DNA from: Felis catus
Taxonomy: Eukaryota
DNA: 64,000 nucleotides
Assembly (NCBI RefSeq): GCF_018350175.1
Contig: NC_058368.1
Span: forward strand, 175,958,001-176,022,000
Reading direction: 5' to 3'
A program made the translations under genes and the position numbers. Numbering within the stretch: the first letter of the stretch is position 1; each line of letters opens with the position of its first letter. The notes under the pieces were generated by a model that made no database searches, was not told where the DNA came from, and saw only the letters and a list, made by a program, of their open reading frames with translations. Shown here in pieces: positions 25,419 to 38,250 of the stretch.

Positions 25419-25421
<3 letters not shown>

Positions 25422-25463
<42 letters not shown>
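25422..25463. repeat. (CA)n microsatellite
   Basis: ~20 units. Confidence 0.95.
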
Positions 25464-25465
<2 letters not shown>

Positions 25466-25509
25466 CACTCCAGGGGTGAAGGTGACCGAGGCCTAGTCAC
25501 TTAGAGCAT

Positions 25510-25850
25510 TAGAGGTTCGTTCAGGGATGGGCATGTAACCCAACAGAATTCATCCCACAGCCCTTACTAGAAACCTAAGAGCAAAGTGCTCTCTTGCACT
25601 GGACTGAAGTCTGCCCAGTGCCGGTGGCAGCCATTCTCCCACCATGAGGACACCACCGACCTGAGGATGAAGCCAGTATGGAGAAAAGACAGAAAGACAA
25701 GAGTTAGTGAGAGTCCCTGATGCACCGTTTGGACACCTGGATGCAGCCATGCCTGAAGCTAGCGCTACCCCATTCTGCTCAGTGTGATGAGCTAATTATG
25801 TTTAGCTCAGTTTACTTAGACCCATTTAATACAGGCATACTTGAGATACA
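25510..25850 (+). mobile_element. Old MLT1 LTR
   Basis: gggatgggcatgtaaccca...ggcagccattctcccaccatgagg...cctggatgcagccatgcctgaagc. Confidence 0.6.
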
Positions 25851-25919
25851 GACTTGGGTGTTTCCTGGACTCTTCCCCATGGGGAAGAAGTCTGTTCATG
25901 GGTTCTCAGCAAGAACACA

Positions 25920-26350
25920 TGTGGTAGAATTTTGTAAACAGAAGAAACCACAGGAGTAGACGGTGTCTCTGCTCCATTCAGACCACACCTCTACCCCAGT
26001 GCCTCTTGCTCATTCTGGTACTCATCCCCCACCTTTGCTGTGTTTTTGTTTACAAAATCCTGAGCCCACATGAAGTGTGTGGAAGTTTACATTCCTCTGG
26101 GTGGCCCTAAGCCAATGACTGAAGGCCATGGGGGTATGAAAGCCCATCTCTCTTGCTCAGAACCAACTCTGAGAGATAGATCACACCCCAGAGTCCCCTG
26201 CAGGACTGAACGGAAGCCACCTTCATGCGCTCTGTCTAAAATCACTCTCCTGCTTGGCTTAAGGTCCTGCTTCCCACCCCCTACTGCTTTCCCTTGGGAG
26301 CACTCACCTCTTATATCAACTGCACCCCGGTCCTCTGAGGGACGTAATTT
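25920..26350 (+). mobile_element. ERVL solo LTR (LTR16-like)
   Basis: agccaatgactga...gggggtatgaaagcccatctc...cccagagtcccctgcaggactga...cccttgggagcactc. Confidence 0.65.
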
Positions 26351-28007
26351 AGGACACCAGGTGCAAACAGGCCAGGCCAGGTGCACTCTGCGCACCCCCA
26401 AAGAGCAGGGGGTTGTGGTGCCTGGAGGTCATCTTTCCAGCAACCCCCGGAAGAATACACCCAGTGCTTTCCCCCTTCCCTCAGGCAGCCACAGAGCAGT
26501 GAGCAAGCTGCCTCCAGAATATCCACCACCCAGGATTGTCACACAGGAAGGGAAACTAATCTGGCTCCATGCCTGAGAAGAAGGACAGCGGGGATGACAC
26601 GGGACACTCAGGCACTCAGTCTTTCATCCCCACTCTGAGCACTTGGATTCCTCCCCTCCCCAAGCTCTCCTTGTCTTACCACAGTGCCTCTGCGATGTTC
26701 AGCAGTCACCGGTTCAACTACCACAGTCCAGTGACCCAGAACTCCACTAGGCAGCTCTCCAGACCCATCTTGGATCGGCCCCTCAAAGCCATGTGCCAGG
26801 ACCACACAATGGGCACTCTGGTTTCATCGACTCCTGGGGGCACGGGCAGCCAGAGCTGAATTTCTAGTTCTTTGGCTGCCACTAGATAAACTTTCACTCA
26901 GAACTCAAGAGAAAAGAAGCCCTCGCCTCTTGGCCACTCTACAGCGCCCCTCCTGACTTTGTGGACGACATGACCCCAAGAAGCGTGTAGACCTTGTCCC
27001 AGGATTGTCTTCTCAAGAGCCACTCCTCACCTACTGGCAAGAACCTCCCAGACCATGTCATTCTGAAGGCTCCAATGGGGAGCTCTGACCACAGAGATGA
27101 GTTGTGGCTGGACCTGTGAGCACAGCCAGGCCAGTGAGACTCGATGGCAGACTTGGGGGGCAGGAATGCTCTCCTTCTGTGGATGTGAGGCTAGGGACAA
27201 CATTTAACGCCTGGCAACACCAGGAGCCACCATGGAGAGGACCTATTCAAGAGTGAAGTCAACGCATTCTCTTCCCTGTTGTCGTTGGGGTTTTGCTCTT
27301 GACGTGTTCCTTTGGTTTTCTGCTCAAGCCAGTATGAATTGGGCTTCTTCTGTCACTTACACCCAAAAACATAATAACTAATAGAAATACCAATGGATAA
27401 AGTACACGGGAAAAGTGCCTCTGGCTTCAGCTCCACCATTAACTTGTCACATGGCTGTGGCCAAGGCCCTGAACATCTGAGACAAAGGCAGTGGAGAGGG
27501 GGTCTATAGATCTTTTCCCAGGCTCTCAGCAGAGCACGTGAACGTTGATCTGCCTTTACCTTCCACAGAATTCTCATTCAAATCCTAGTTCAAACCTCCA
27601 GGAAGCCTGTCCTTCTCTCTCAAGCCCTTGGAAATTCCTCCCTCCCTGCTTTGAACTCCTGCAACATTTACCTGTCTCTGCCACTCACTGGTTCTTACAC
27701 TGCCTTGATATTTTTAGGCCACGGTGCATGCATATGTGCTGTGTCCCCCCAAAATTCCTAAGAGTGGCTAAGTAGCTCACCCTATTCCAGGCACTGGGCT
27801 AAACCCATTACATGCAGGCTCCTGTGTGAGCCTCACAACCTTCCTGCAGGTACAGGATGGTTATTATCTCATTATCCCCACTTTAAAGATGAGGCATAAA
27901 AGTTCAAAGAAAACAAGTCACTTGCCAAGGATCACCCAACCAAGTGTCCCAAAACAGGGATCCCTTGAGATGATAAACTTCTGTATTATAGGTCATACCA
28001 TTCCACT

Positions 28008-28020
28008 TCACACACACACA

Positions 28021-28060
<40 letters not shown>
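28008..28060. repeat. (CA)n microsatellite, interrupted
   Basis: Direct inspection. Confidence 0.95.
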
Positions 28061-28061
<1 letters not shown>

Positions 28062-29512
28062 CCGCGCACGTCCTCAGCCCAATGTTGCTCATCACATATC
28101 CATTCCTCCCCAACATCTGCTGATGGATTCATCTACGGATTTCAGGAAGGTGCAGGTCAGGCAAGAGGAAAGGACAAATGGCCTTTGGGGCTGCCTCACT
28201 AGGAAGCCCAGGTCTGCGAGTGGAGGGGCACGAGCCCAGCAGATGGCCGCTCCCTGCCCCCATCCCCTCCGCACAGAGCCCCGTTCACCACTTGGCCAGG
28301 AGGTGAGGCAACGTTCCCAGGGAATTCGGAGGCAGCTCTCAGGAGCTGTGAAGGCAGCTGGCTGACAGATGAGCAGTCCTAGCCCCTGCAACAAAAGGAA
28401 TTCAGTCCTCATCAAGAGCTCACACTGCCAATCTGTGACCGAAACGACCCATACTCGTGAGCCGAACCCTGAGCTGGTCCCAAAACTTAACCTTGTCATC
28501 AAAGAGTGAAACAAACCAATTTTTTTTTCCAGGGGGGAAAAAAAAAAAAAGGCAGACCGGTTTGAACCTGAGCTAAAACCTGTGCGTTTTCATAAGACAA
28601 CTGAACAGGACAAAAATCAGACATCAAAATGTTCTGTGCATGAAACCAATATTCATCCAATCCAAGTTCTTGACTTGAAAAGACATTCAGGAGGGAGCAT
28701 TTTACCTCCCTGTGTGGCTCGGTGCAGTGCGTAATAGTGTTCTAAGGAACACTGTGTGAAAAATGGAGGCTGGCTTTTTTTTAATGTGGTAAAAAAAAAA
28801 ATGTTATTTTATTTTAACTCTCCATAAAGACCAATCTGAAACTTTCAGAACATTCAGTTCCCTTTGTATTGGCAAAAGCATTTCGAGGATCGATCCATTA
28901 TAATAATACAGCCTGAAAGCAGCAGCTGAGAGGACAAAGCCTTGAGCACAGGCACATGACTCTGGGGCTATGGTCACCAGCAGTCCAGGACAGGTGTGGC
29001 TCTCATCAGACAGCCTGACTCGGCCCACCTGAGGCTGGGCCTTTGTACCTGTCCCCTTCTACAAGGCCCGACCTGCACAAAAGCCTCTAACTCCAGATTT
29101 CACGCCCCAGAAGAAAGTACACTGGGCCAGCAGGACTAAGCCATTCTCATTCCACCTCAGCCTCTAGACAAGCTGCTTTCTGGGTCCCACAGCAGGAACT
29201 GTAAAGCCTGCCTGGTGAGGGGCCTCCCGGCCATAAACACGTACCGATGCTACAGCCTGAGGAACGAGAATGCAGGGCGGAGAAGGGGAAGCTGACTGGA
29301 TCGGAGGTGGGGGGAAGGGCCACCACCACCCGCTCTCTGCACCATCACACGATAAACATGTGGAGACGATCCTTCCGGTGACCAAAGATCAATTATACCT
29401 GTTTTAAACACCAAGGGCTTCCAAATGGCAAACCGTAGTTACTCTGGGGTGTGGGGATGCAGAGTAGGAGGCAGAGAAAATTCTCTTTACTTTACACTTA
29501 TATCTGTTTGCA

Positions 29513-29732
29513 GGGGCAGCTGGGTGGCTCCGTCGGTTAAGCGTCCGACTTCAGCTCAGGTCGTGATCTCACAGTTCGTGGGTTCGAGCCCCGCGTCGGG
29601 CTCTGCGCTGACAGCTCAGAGCCTGGAGCCTGCTTCCGATTCTGTGCCTTCCTCTCTGTCTGCTCCTCCCGTGTTCGAACTCTGTCTCTGTCTCTCAAAA
29701 ATAAATATTTTTTTTTAAAACTTAAAAAAAAC
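29513..29732 (+). mobile_element. CAN-SINE
   Basis: SINEC body and tail. Confidence 0.93.
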
Positions 29733-29869
29733 AAAAGATAAGGAGCATGCATACATGGCATTTACAATGTTTAAAATAAAGGCTAAAATGCACAAATCTA
29801 GATATAGATATACAGATAGATACAGATGATATATATATACACCCTGTGCTAAGCACATGGTGGAGGCAG

Positions 29870-30560
29870 AAACCAGAGGAAAAGACTGATTAATTGAACT
29901 GCATAAAGTCAAAAATTTTCTATTTGTAAAGAAAGAAATTATATTAAACTATGTTATAGTAGGAGATATTTATAACAAATAAGCAATTTATAAAAGAATA
30001 CAGCCAGTAAACGTAAAATATTCATCCCTGCTAATAACTGAGGATACACAAGGAAATCAGATCACATTTTTGCCCCCCAAACTAGCAAACACATCTCAAA
30101 TTTTTTTATAATACTTTTGAAAAGAGGACAGACAGGTAAAAAACCCCAACCCTGCTCATAGGAGGATAAATTGGTAAACCCTTTTTGGAGAACAATATTG
30201 TAAAACCTATTAATAACTGTTGAAATGTGCATAAACTTTGACATAGCAATTCCACTTCTAAGCATTCATCCCTAAGGAAAATCATCATGGCTAAAGATAC
30301 ATGCATCTGAATGTCAAGTAAAGCCCTGTTTATAAAAGCAAAGTTGGAAATAGCCTCACTGTCCAAACAATGAAGGGCAGGTTTAATATATTATGGCATT
30401 ATACACAGGGAATAACTATGCAGCTATTAAAATGATGATAGAGAAAAACATGAAACAACATGGAAACATCCTTGATACAGTCAGTGGAAAACACTGGTCA
30501 CAAAAGGTTGGCACAATGTGAATCTACCTTTATAAATAAAGATAGGTAGATATATCTGCA
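29870..30560 (+). mobile_element. Old L1M fragment (ORF2 3' end/3' UTR)
   Basis: aaattggtaaaccctttttggagaacaat...tttgacatagcaattccacttctaagcattcatccctaagga. Confidence 0.7.
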
Positions 30561-30592
30561 TTTAATTTTTAAATACTCTACTCAACGCTATT

Positions 30593-30808
30593 TTTTAAAG
30601 GGTTTGTTTGCTTGTTTGTTTTGAGAGAAAGAGAGAGCAAGTGTGAGTGGGGGAGGGGCAGAGACAGAGAGAGACAGAGAATCCCAAGCAGGCTCCACAC
30701 TGTCAGCACAGAGCCCAACGCAGGGCTCAATCCCGTGAACCGTGAGATCACAACCTGCGCCAAAATCCAGAGTTGGACATTCAACTGACTGGGCCACCCA
30801 GGTGCTCC
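30593..30808 (-). mobile_element. CAN-SINE (older)
   Basis: SINEC body. Confidence 0.92.
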
Positions 30809-31311
30809 AAGGCTATTACAACGTTTTCGGCATTTTTTGTAATTAAATAATCCCTATTTTTTAAAAAGTAAAAGACACCCAGTGCTCAAACGCATCCAAG
30901 AATCGTTTTCAAGTACTCAATCAGGAAGCAAACATCTTTAAGTCAACAAGAACCAAAGGCATATCAAAGAAGATAAAGTGGTATCAATTATTCTAAATAA
31001 CCCCTCCAATTAATCTTCTATGCCTTTTTTGTAAGACCACAGAATATGAGTTCATACAGATGAGGTCATTGTGTTGCACAACTTGTTGGACCAGGACAAC
31101 ATTCTAAAATCATAACCTATTCTTACCCACAGAAAAGAAGAAAAGAAGCCGGCTCCCTTATTTCCCTAGAAGACAATGAATGCATCTTTAAAACTCAGGG
31201 TGGAAAGGCAGATTTCACAGGGATCTGAGACCAGGACGGTTTGGCTTACAGCCCACATCGCTTTGCACTGGTGTGAAATTCAGGGTTTCAAATAAAGAAA
31301 GGGGCATACTA

Positions 31312-31526
31312 GGGGCGCCTGGGTGGCTCAGTCGGTTGAGCGTCCGACTTCGACTCAGGTCGCGATCTCGCGGTCCGTGAGTTCGAGCCCCGCGTCGGGC
31401 TCTGGGCTGACGGCTCGGAGCCTGGAGCCTGTTTCGGATTCTGTGTCTCCCTCTCTCTCTGCCCCTCCCCCGTCCGTCTCTCTCTGTCTCAAAAATAAAT
31501 AAATGTTAAAAAAAAAAAAAAAAAAG
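31312..31526 (+). mobile_element. Young CAN-SINE
   Basis: 17-bp TSD aaagaaaggggcatact at 31294-31310 / 31527-31543. Confidence 0.95.
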
Positions 31527-33539
31527 AAAGAAAGGGGCATACTTGAGAAGAAAAGGCCATGTGCGAGCTGCAGAATACTGATGTGCCAGCCACAGCAAGA
31601 AAAGAGATAAAATATCCAAGAGGGAGAACTAGAGATCACTGCCCTACAGAGCTTTCCTGGGACTCGCGCACACACACACACAGTAGTTGCCCAGGAAATG
31701 GTGGCTGACTAACGCTTGTGGCGGACTTCACTACGTTTCTCTCGCAACTCCTATCTGACCTCGCATCCCTCACCAAAATATTTCCCCTCTCAGCGGAGGC
31801 CAGCACAAAAGACTCAGGCCACAGGATTAAGACATGTGGCACGGCACAACGTCCCATGAAGGGGAAAGTTACACACGTGAGAAAAACATCCACGGTGCGT
31901 TCACGGCTTCATCCACTAATGCCTCTTCTCCACCGTGTCTCGGGAGAGCTTCCCAAGCAGGCAGCACCCTCCGGAATCCTGAAGCATAACTGGCGAACTT
32001 CGTCAATTACTCCTTGTCAGACACACCCATGTGCTGGGAAGAATGTCTCACTGTTCATTCAAGTCATTTGGGCAAATCAGGAAGACACTCATATACGAAT
32101 ATGTGCTATAACCTAATCTGCACACCAGGATGATGACGTCTCCTATTACTGTGTTATTGATCCTCCCCAGGATCCGGACAACAGTCCCTTCTGACCTTGG
32201 ACCTAACCTGTAGTGAGACTTTCATTCCGAATGTACCCCTTTTTCAACTGAATAATGGGATGGTAAAAGAAATTTATCTTCGCTGGCTTTTAACCACCCT
32301 GGGGATTTTTTTCCCGCTGTTTGCGCATTTCCTACCAATCAAATCACAGACTGTTCAGACGGCTTATGAGCACAGTACATCATCTCGCTTGGAAATGATC
32401 CGCAGCTATGCTTCCCTTCACCATAATTCTCCCAGAAGGGGGTGTTCTGTGTTCTTTTAGAGACCTGTCTGGCAGAAGGCTGAAGAGAAAACTTCCCAAG
32501 AGAAAGTTTTCGTGCACGAGGTGGGTTTCCAGAGGTTGTCGGAGGGGATGGGATGATAGTTGGCCCAATGTAAAGATGCTAAGCCACCATGGCCAGTGAA
32601 TGTTTGCTGAATAGGATTATGCTAGGACATTAAGGGTGTCAGTCCTGAGCAACAGTCTAAAGGAAAAGCACAGAAAACGGCCCTGTGGCCAGAGGAGGGG
32701 GAGGACACTCAAAATCAAACACGGGAAAGTCAAACACTCAACCATATCACTTTGTCCCAAATCAGAATACCCATATTTAATGATCAGATGGGTTTGGTAA
32801 GCAACAATCTTTGAGTGTAAATTATTTAAAAACCGCTTTACTAAAAGAATAGGGTTTGTTGTATAAATGTTCTTTGTCAAATACATGATGCTTGCCATTT
32901 TTGGCTGGAAATGTGGTTTATACTATTTATACAGAGATTTATGTAACTTTCAGATGACTTTTGTATATATTTGTAAGCATCTGCTCACTCTAGCTTTGCA
33001 TATGGTCAGCACTGAATATATGTTTGCTGCATAAGGAGATAAATGAATGGCTGCCTTTGGAAAGCAAACATTTCCAAACATTTGGCCACAAAACTGGGGG
33101 GAATGCTGAAGATCTGATGGGATATGAAGCTGATCCACTGTCATACAATCTGAAGGATCCCATCTGGAAGTCTCCCCTGAAGAAGACCAAAAAAAAAAAA
33201 TGTAAACAAAGGAGAAAATGAAGTGGACCCACTGACCGGGCAGTTTAAGAAACCGGGAATAACGTTCATCTTCTTCTAGCTCATATCCAGTAGGGTCAAG
33301 CACTATCAGGTTCTGTCTCTGAACCTCTTCCCACATCCTCCCTACCCCTCACACCATGCAAGTCCAGAGTGAATGGGTTAGCCCTTCACCGGGCATGCCA
33401 AACCCAGGACTGCGGTAGTCCAGGGCACAGAATAACCACGGACTCTTCTCCGCCAACTCTCCTACCATCTCAGAGATGAGACCCCGAATCCGTACAGGAT
33501 TCACGGAGAGGCATGCGACAGTCCACACCTCCACTTAGA

Positions 33540-33780
33540 GCTGTACTGCCTAAGGGTGGTGCACAGGCTTACCGCTGGACTGATACAAGATCATTTTAGG
33601 TGGGGCCTAGGTGAAAGTTCACTGCTAAAAGGAGTTATAAATTTATTTATTTATTTACATTTCCTAGGAAGATCATAGCCAGGCCATGAAACAGGAAACT
33701 GCTTATATGAGTGCTTCCCAAGTTGACAGCGGATAAGCTTCCCTTTCAAAAACAATGTGAGGCAGGGGAAGAGTTGGGTA
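33540..33780. mobile_element. hAT-Charlie MITE remnant (MER113-like)
   Basis: gatacaagatcattttaggtgg...gataagcttccctttcaaa. Confidence 0.4.
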
Positions 33781-34830
33781 ACAAGACTACGCAGCCCTCA
33801 CTTCTGGGCTTTGAGGACTTTTCTTTGTTTTCCATCTCCCCCTGCTCTACTGAACGCCCAACATCCTACAGACACACACAGAGTTAAGCGGTTAAATAGG
33901 TCTTGGAGAGAGGTGTAAGTGCATCAGCCCAGGAAAGGTTCTGAGAGGGTCTGCAGCTACAAAAATAGTCTGCTTACCTTTGTTTAACCTTTTTTTCACA
34001 TCATGCGTATTATTATCCCACGGGGACACACCTTGCAAGACACCCCTCCACATTTTCTAAATTCTACCTTTGGGCGAACTCCAACCGTGAAAAAGCTGAA
34101 TGTTTGGGCCAGAATGTCTTGGGTTCTCATGCGAGCGTTTTCACTGGAAGGACCTTGCTTACCTGGCATCTGCCTCCACGGAGGGAATTTCTTGGTGAGG
34201 TGGACAAAACCCATTGTTCCGTGTATTGCAGTGCTGCGGTGAAGAAGTCCTTGACTTCATCACGCAGTGTTTCCTCCGTGAAAACCCAGGGTAGAAACCT
34301 TGACTCTTCCATAATCAGCCAGATGTTTGGTTCCGGCGAGAACTGTGCTTTTCCTGAGTGAGCTGGGCTTGGGTCCAGCTACTGGCAAGTGTGAGGCCTC
34401 TTGTAGATCACATTTCCCTCTTTGCTTTGGCCGCCACTAAGCTCAGAGCCAGATTTGCAGTTCACCTTTAGACATCGTGCAGGACTTTCGGGTTCAAGTG
34501 TCCGTGTACAGATCTACGTCTGGAAGGTTCTCCTGTCTCACCCTTGTTCTTCTTCACTCTCACATTATCCTTTACACAGGTTGTCCTGTTGTGTTCTGTG
34601 GGTTTGCCCTAAGGTCTTCTGAATGAAGGAGAGATGATGCACTGATGTTTCAACCCTTCTTTCCCTCCATCCAGGAAGATGCAACAGGGGGAGACCGTGT
34701 GGACCACATCTTTCTTGTCCCATGGAGGAACACTGTGCATTTTTATGTTGTTTGCTCTTTATACTTTTAGTAGATTTTGGTTTTCTGAAATTATTTGTTT
34801 GGGTGTAAATCATTGAAAGTGGTATTTATG

Positions 34831-35060
34831 GGGGTGCCTGGGTGGCTCAGTTGGTTAAGCGTCTGACTTAGGTCATGATCTCGCGGTTCACGAGTTCGAG
34901 CCGCGCGTCGGGCTCTGTGCTGACAGCTCAGAGCCTGGAGCCTGCTTTGGATTCTGTGTGTGTGTCTCTCTCTCTCTGCCCCTATCCCACTCATGCTCTG
35001 TCTCTCTCTCTCTCTCTCTCAAAAATAAAAACATTTTAAAAAATTTAAAAAAGAAAAGAA
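34831..35060 (+). mobile_element. CAN-SINE
   Basis: SINEC body; tggtattta on both flanks. Confidence 0.93.
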
Positions 35061-35149
35061 AATGGTATTTACATATTGCTTGTCTATTTTAGGGTTTTTT
35101 CTTTTCTTTAATTCTTGCATACTTAGAACATGGATCTACATGTGGCCCA

Positions 35150-35330
35150 CCTGAATAAAAATCGTAAAGTTGGGGCACTTCCCTGAAAATCCAGAAGCCA
35201 AATCTTGTCCCTCTTCCCTACTCTCACCTGATGGCAACATCTGGCACAAGCTGAGGCCAGCATCTTCCTGGCCTTCCATTCTCACCAGACCCCCTACTGT
35301 AACCTCCCAGAAATGGCAGCATTTTTATTT
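35150..35330 (+). mobile_element. MER102-like hAT fragment
   Basis: cttccctgaaaatccagaag...atggcaacatctggcacaagctgag...ctcaccagaccccctactg. Confidence 0.45.
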
Positions 35331-37609
35331 TTAGTACTATTCCATATTAGGGGTAAAGGAAGGCACTCGAGATTTTCTTCTATGGCATCAGTAAGCTAGT
35401 ATTTCCTTACAGAGGCTATGCTTGGATCCATCCATGCATGATGATGAGTAGGATTCTCTCCACTTTACCAACAAGAAAATCCAGACTTGGAAAGTTAAAT
35501 GACTTGAGTTTGGATCTCAAGCTTTTGTCAGTCCCTCAGTAAGCGACAGGGAAGCTGGGAAGGGTGAGAAACAAAACATCCCACTCAGAAATCAAGGAGC
35601 TCTGACAGAAAGGCAGCATGAGATTAAATTATGGAATGCTTTTATCAGTGTCCCAGCCCCATCTTTCTTCAGTTCCCCTCTTTCGTTCCAAAGATCCTCT
35701 TTTTACTCCACCTTTTCCCTCCCCAGAAAACCGCCAAGAGGCCTCCACCACCACTTCTTGCCCCGGAAGAAGTGTTTGCCCCCCCAGGTCCCGGTCTTTG
35801 TCCTTCCTCTCCATCCTCTGCTTCATAGTAAGGGCCACCGCCGGGGAGAAGAGTGTGATGAACTAATGCGTTCTAAGGCAACTGCCAAGACCCCTTGTTA
35901 ACATATTCCTTGCCTCCGAGAGAGAGCTGCGTTGTTCAAAGAGACCACAGGGAAGCACCCACACCGTAACTCAAAGGAATAAGATTTTGAATGCAGGAAT
36001 TTCGGGCGGTGAGCAGGAGGCTGGGGAAATATTCTCTCAACGGTAGCAGGCTTCCTAGCACCCTGAACGCCCTGCCATGGGAGAGCCTCAGGTCCCATAC
36101 TACAGTGTTGTAAAACAGGAAGCCCGTCCCTACGTCCTCCGCCCAGGACACAGGCACCACTTATGGCAGGCCTGTGACAAGGGACAGAGCCATCTCTGAC
36201 GGAGGCTAGCCGGGAGGCCAGGACTACAGGAGTCACAGCCCAGAGCAGCTGCCCTCACTGGCCCGCCTGGCACCAGACTGGGCCAGACCCAACTGCCCAC
36301 CCTTCCCCAGGAACCAGACCTGCCTCCAACAGGCAACTCATCAAAAGGCCTAGACCTCACTGTGGCTCACTAGTTCTCTGAGCCGCCTGGTTTCCTTGCC
36401 CGGTAGAGTTTAATGCAGGCAGCGTCCTAGCGGGACATCCAAACTCCCCCACCCCCTAGTGGAGAGAGGAAAGCCCTGCGCAGCCGGGCTCCAGTCCCTG
36501 CTCCTACAGTCACAGCAGCTCTCCACCAGCTGGGTAGAATGGACTATTGCAGAAAGGAGAAGGAGGCCGGGCCAGGCACATGTGTTCCTCCCCAGGCCTC
36601 CCCTGAGGGTCTTTGATGGCTTTCCCACAAAGTTTTTCTGGCCTGCACTGATCACGCCAAGTCTCAGACCGTGAGATGTCAAATATGTGAACGAAAATGG
36701 AAAAAGTGTGTCCGTGCACTCATTCTCTCATTGGGAGTACAAGGAATTAGGGGACCAGATTCTGGGAGGCTTTACTCTTCCGTAATCAGCCAGATGTTTG
36801 GGCTGGCCCGGATCACACAGGCTCAACAGAACGCCGCACTCCCCAGTGGAGGTAAATCACCTCGCTCAGAGGCCCATGTCACCTGCGGTTACACCAGCTC
36901 CAAGACCCCAAGGAGGCTAATCACTGTCCCCAGACCAAGGGCCAGCTTGACGCGCCGCCTTTGGGGCTTAACCTCTGACACACTTGACACGTGGAGGACC
37001 TTCAGGGTTGGTTTTGGGGTTGGTTTGGGGGCTTATTTGTCGCTTGTCCATAAACTGACAAAAAATGTAAGAAAGTTCCATTTTCTTGAATTCCTTAGCT
37101 AGAGGAGCATCTGTGCTCAATGACTCCCGCTGATACAGGGTTTCAAGGAAGGGTGACTGGGACAGTGACAAGATGCAGCCTGTCCCACCAAAAGGAGGGG
37201 CACACAAGAACATTCCAGGCATTCACCAGGTCACTTGTTCCTTCCACATGCATCAGTCTGACCATCAGGGTGGGAAGGTAAATAAGTCCCCCAGATACGT
37301 TCTGCCAGAAGCGCCCCCCAAGTCTAGTGAGGGAGGCAGATGGTAGGGGGAGGGCCGAGTATTTACCATGTGCCTTGATGGAGGAAGGAACTATGTAGTA
37401 GAGAAGCTCACAGGAGATGCCATTTTGTTTGAGTCTTGAAAAATGAGCAGAGGAAATCCCCTTCTCAGGGATGTTTTAAGAAGCATCCTCACCCTGCCAC
37501 AAATGTCTACTACTAACTCAGTGTTCCAAGGCCAGCCAAGAGGAAGCCTTTGCCCCCATTCCACCCTCGGCCATGTGTCTCCCCTCCAATGACTACTTCT
37601 AGATCAAGA

Positions 37610-38250
37610 ATGATGGGTGGCAAACATTGGAGCCAACTTCAAAGTTAGAAGATTTCACGTTAAGACTAATCTTGAATTCTTCTCTCTTCTGGAAAAACTG
37701 GAAGATACGATGATACTGGGCCCATACTTGGCACGGCAGCTCTAGGCTGGGACTGAGCGGGAGCTTCCCCCATCACATGACGCACATACCAGTTAGCCTT
37801 TGTTGTGTAAGAAACCACCTCAAATCGTGGCTTAAAACAATAGTCATTTATTAGCTATGAGTACCTGCAATTTGGATTGGGCTCACCTAAGTGTTTCTTC
37901 AGCTGGTCTCGCCTAGGCTCACACACACGGCCACAGTCAGAAGCTGACAGACATTGGATCGGACACCTCAGTTTTCTTCTACGTGGCCTGTCCAGCAGGC
38001 TAGCTCAGTGCTCTCCCATCAGCCCCAACAGGTAAGCATTTTTCAAGCCTTCCTCTACATACCTTTCATTAATGTCCCATTGGTTAAAGCAAGACACAAG
38101 ATCAGTCAGATTCACAGGTTAGTGAAACAGACTTCGTCTCTTGATAGGAGAAGCTACGAAGAATCTATGGCTATTTTTTCCAGGGGCTCTCCAGCTCACC
38201 ATAATCCCCACCCCACAGAAGCTACAGGTCAGCTGCCATTTCCCCCTTAA
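37610..38250 (+). mobile_element. MER102-like hAT element split by an MLT1 LTR
   Basis: ctggaaaaactggaagat...actgggcccatacttggcacggcag...ctgagcgggagcttcccc; resumes at ctctccagctcaccataatccccacc. Confidence 0.55.
37786..38180 (-). mobile_element. MLT1H-like LTR
   Basis: gtaagaaaccacctcaaatcgtggcttaaaacaatagtcatttattagct...aatgtcccattggttaaagcaag...ctcttgataggagaagct. Confidence 0.75.

Noticed and set aside
38011..38037. Plus-strand CAACAG|GTAAGC recursive-like motif
   Set aside because: Lies inside an MLT1 LTR and shows that such motifs arise by chance.
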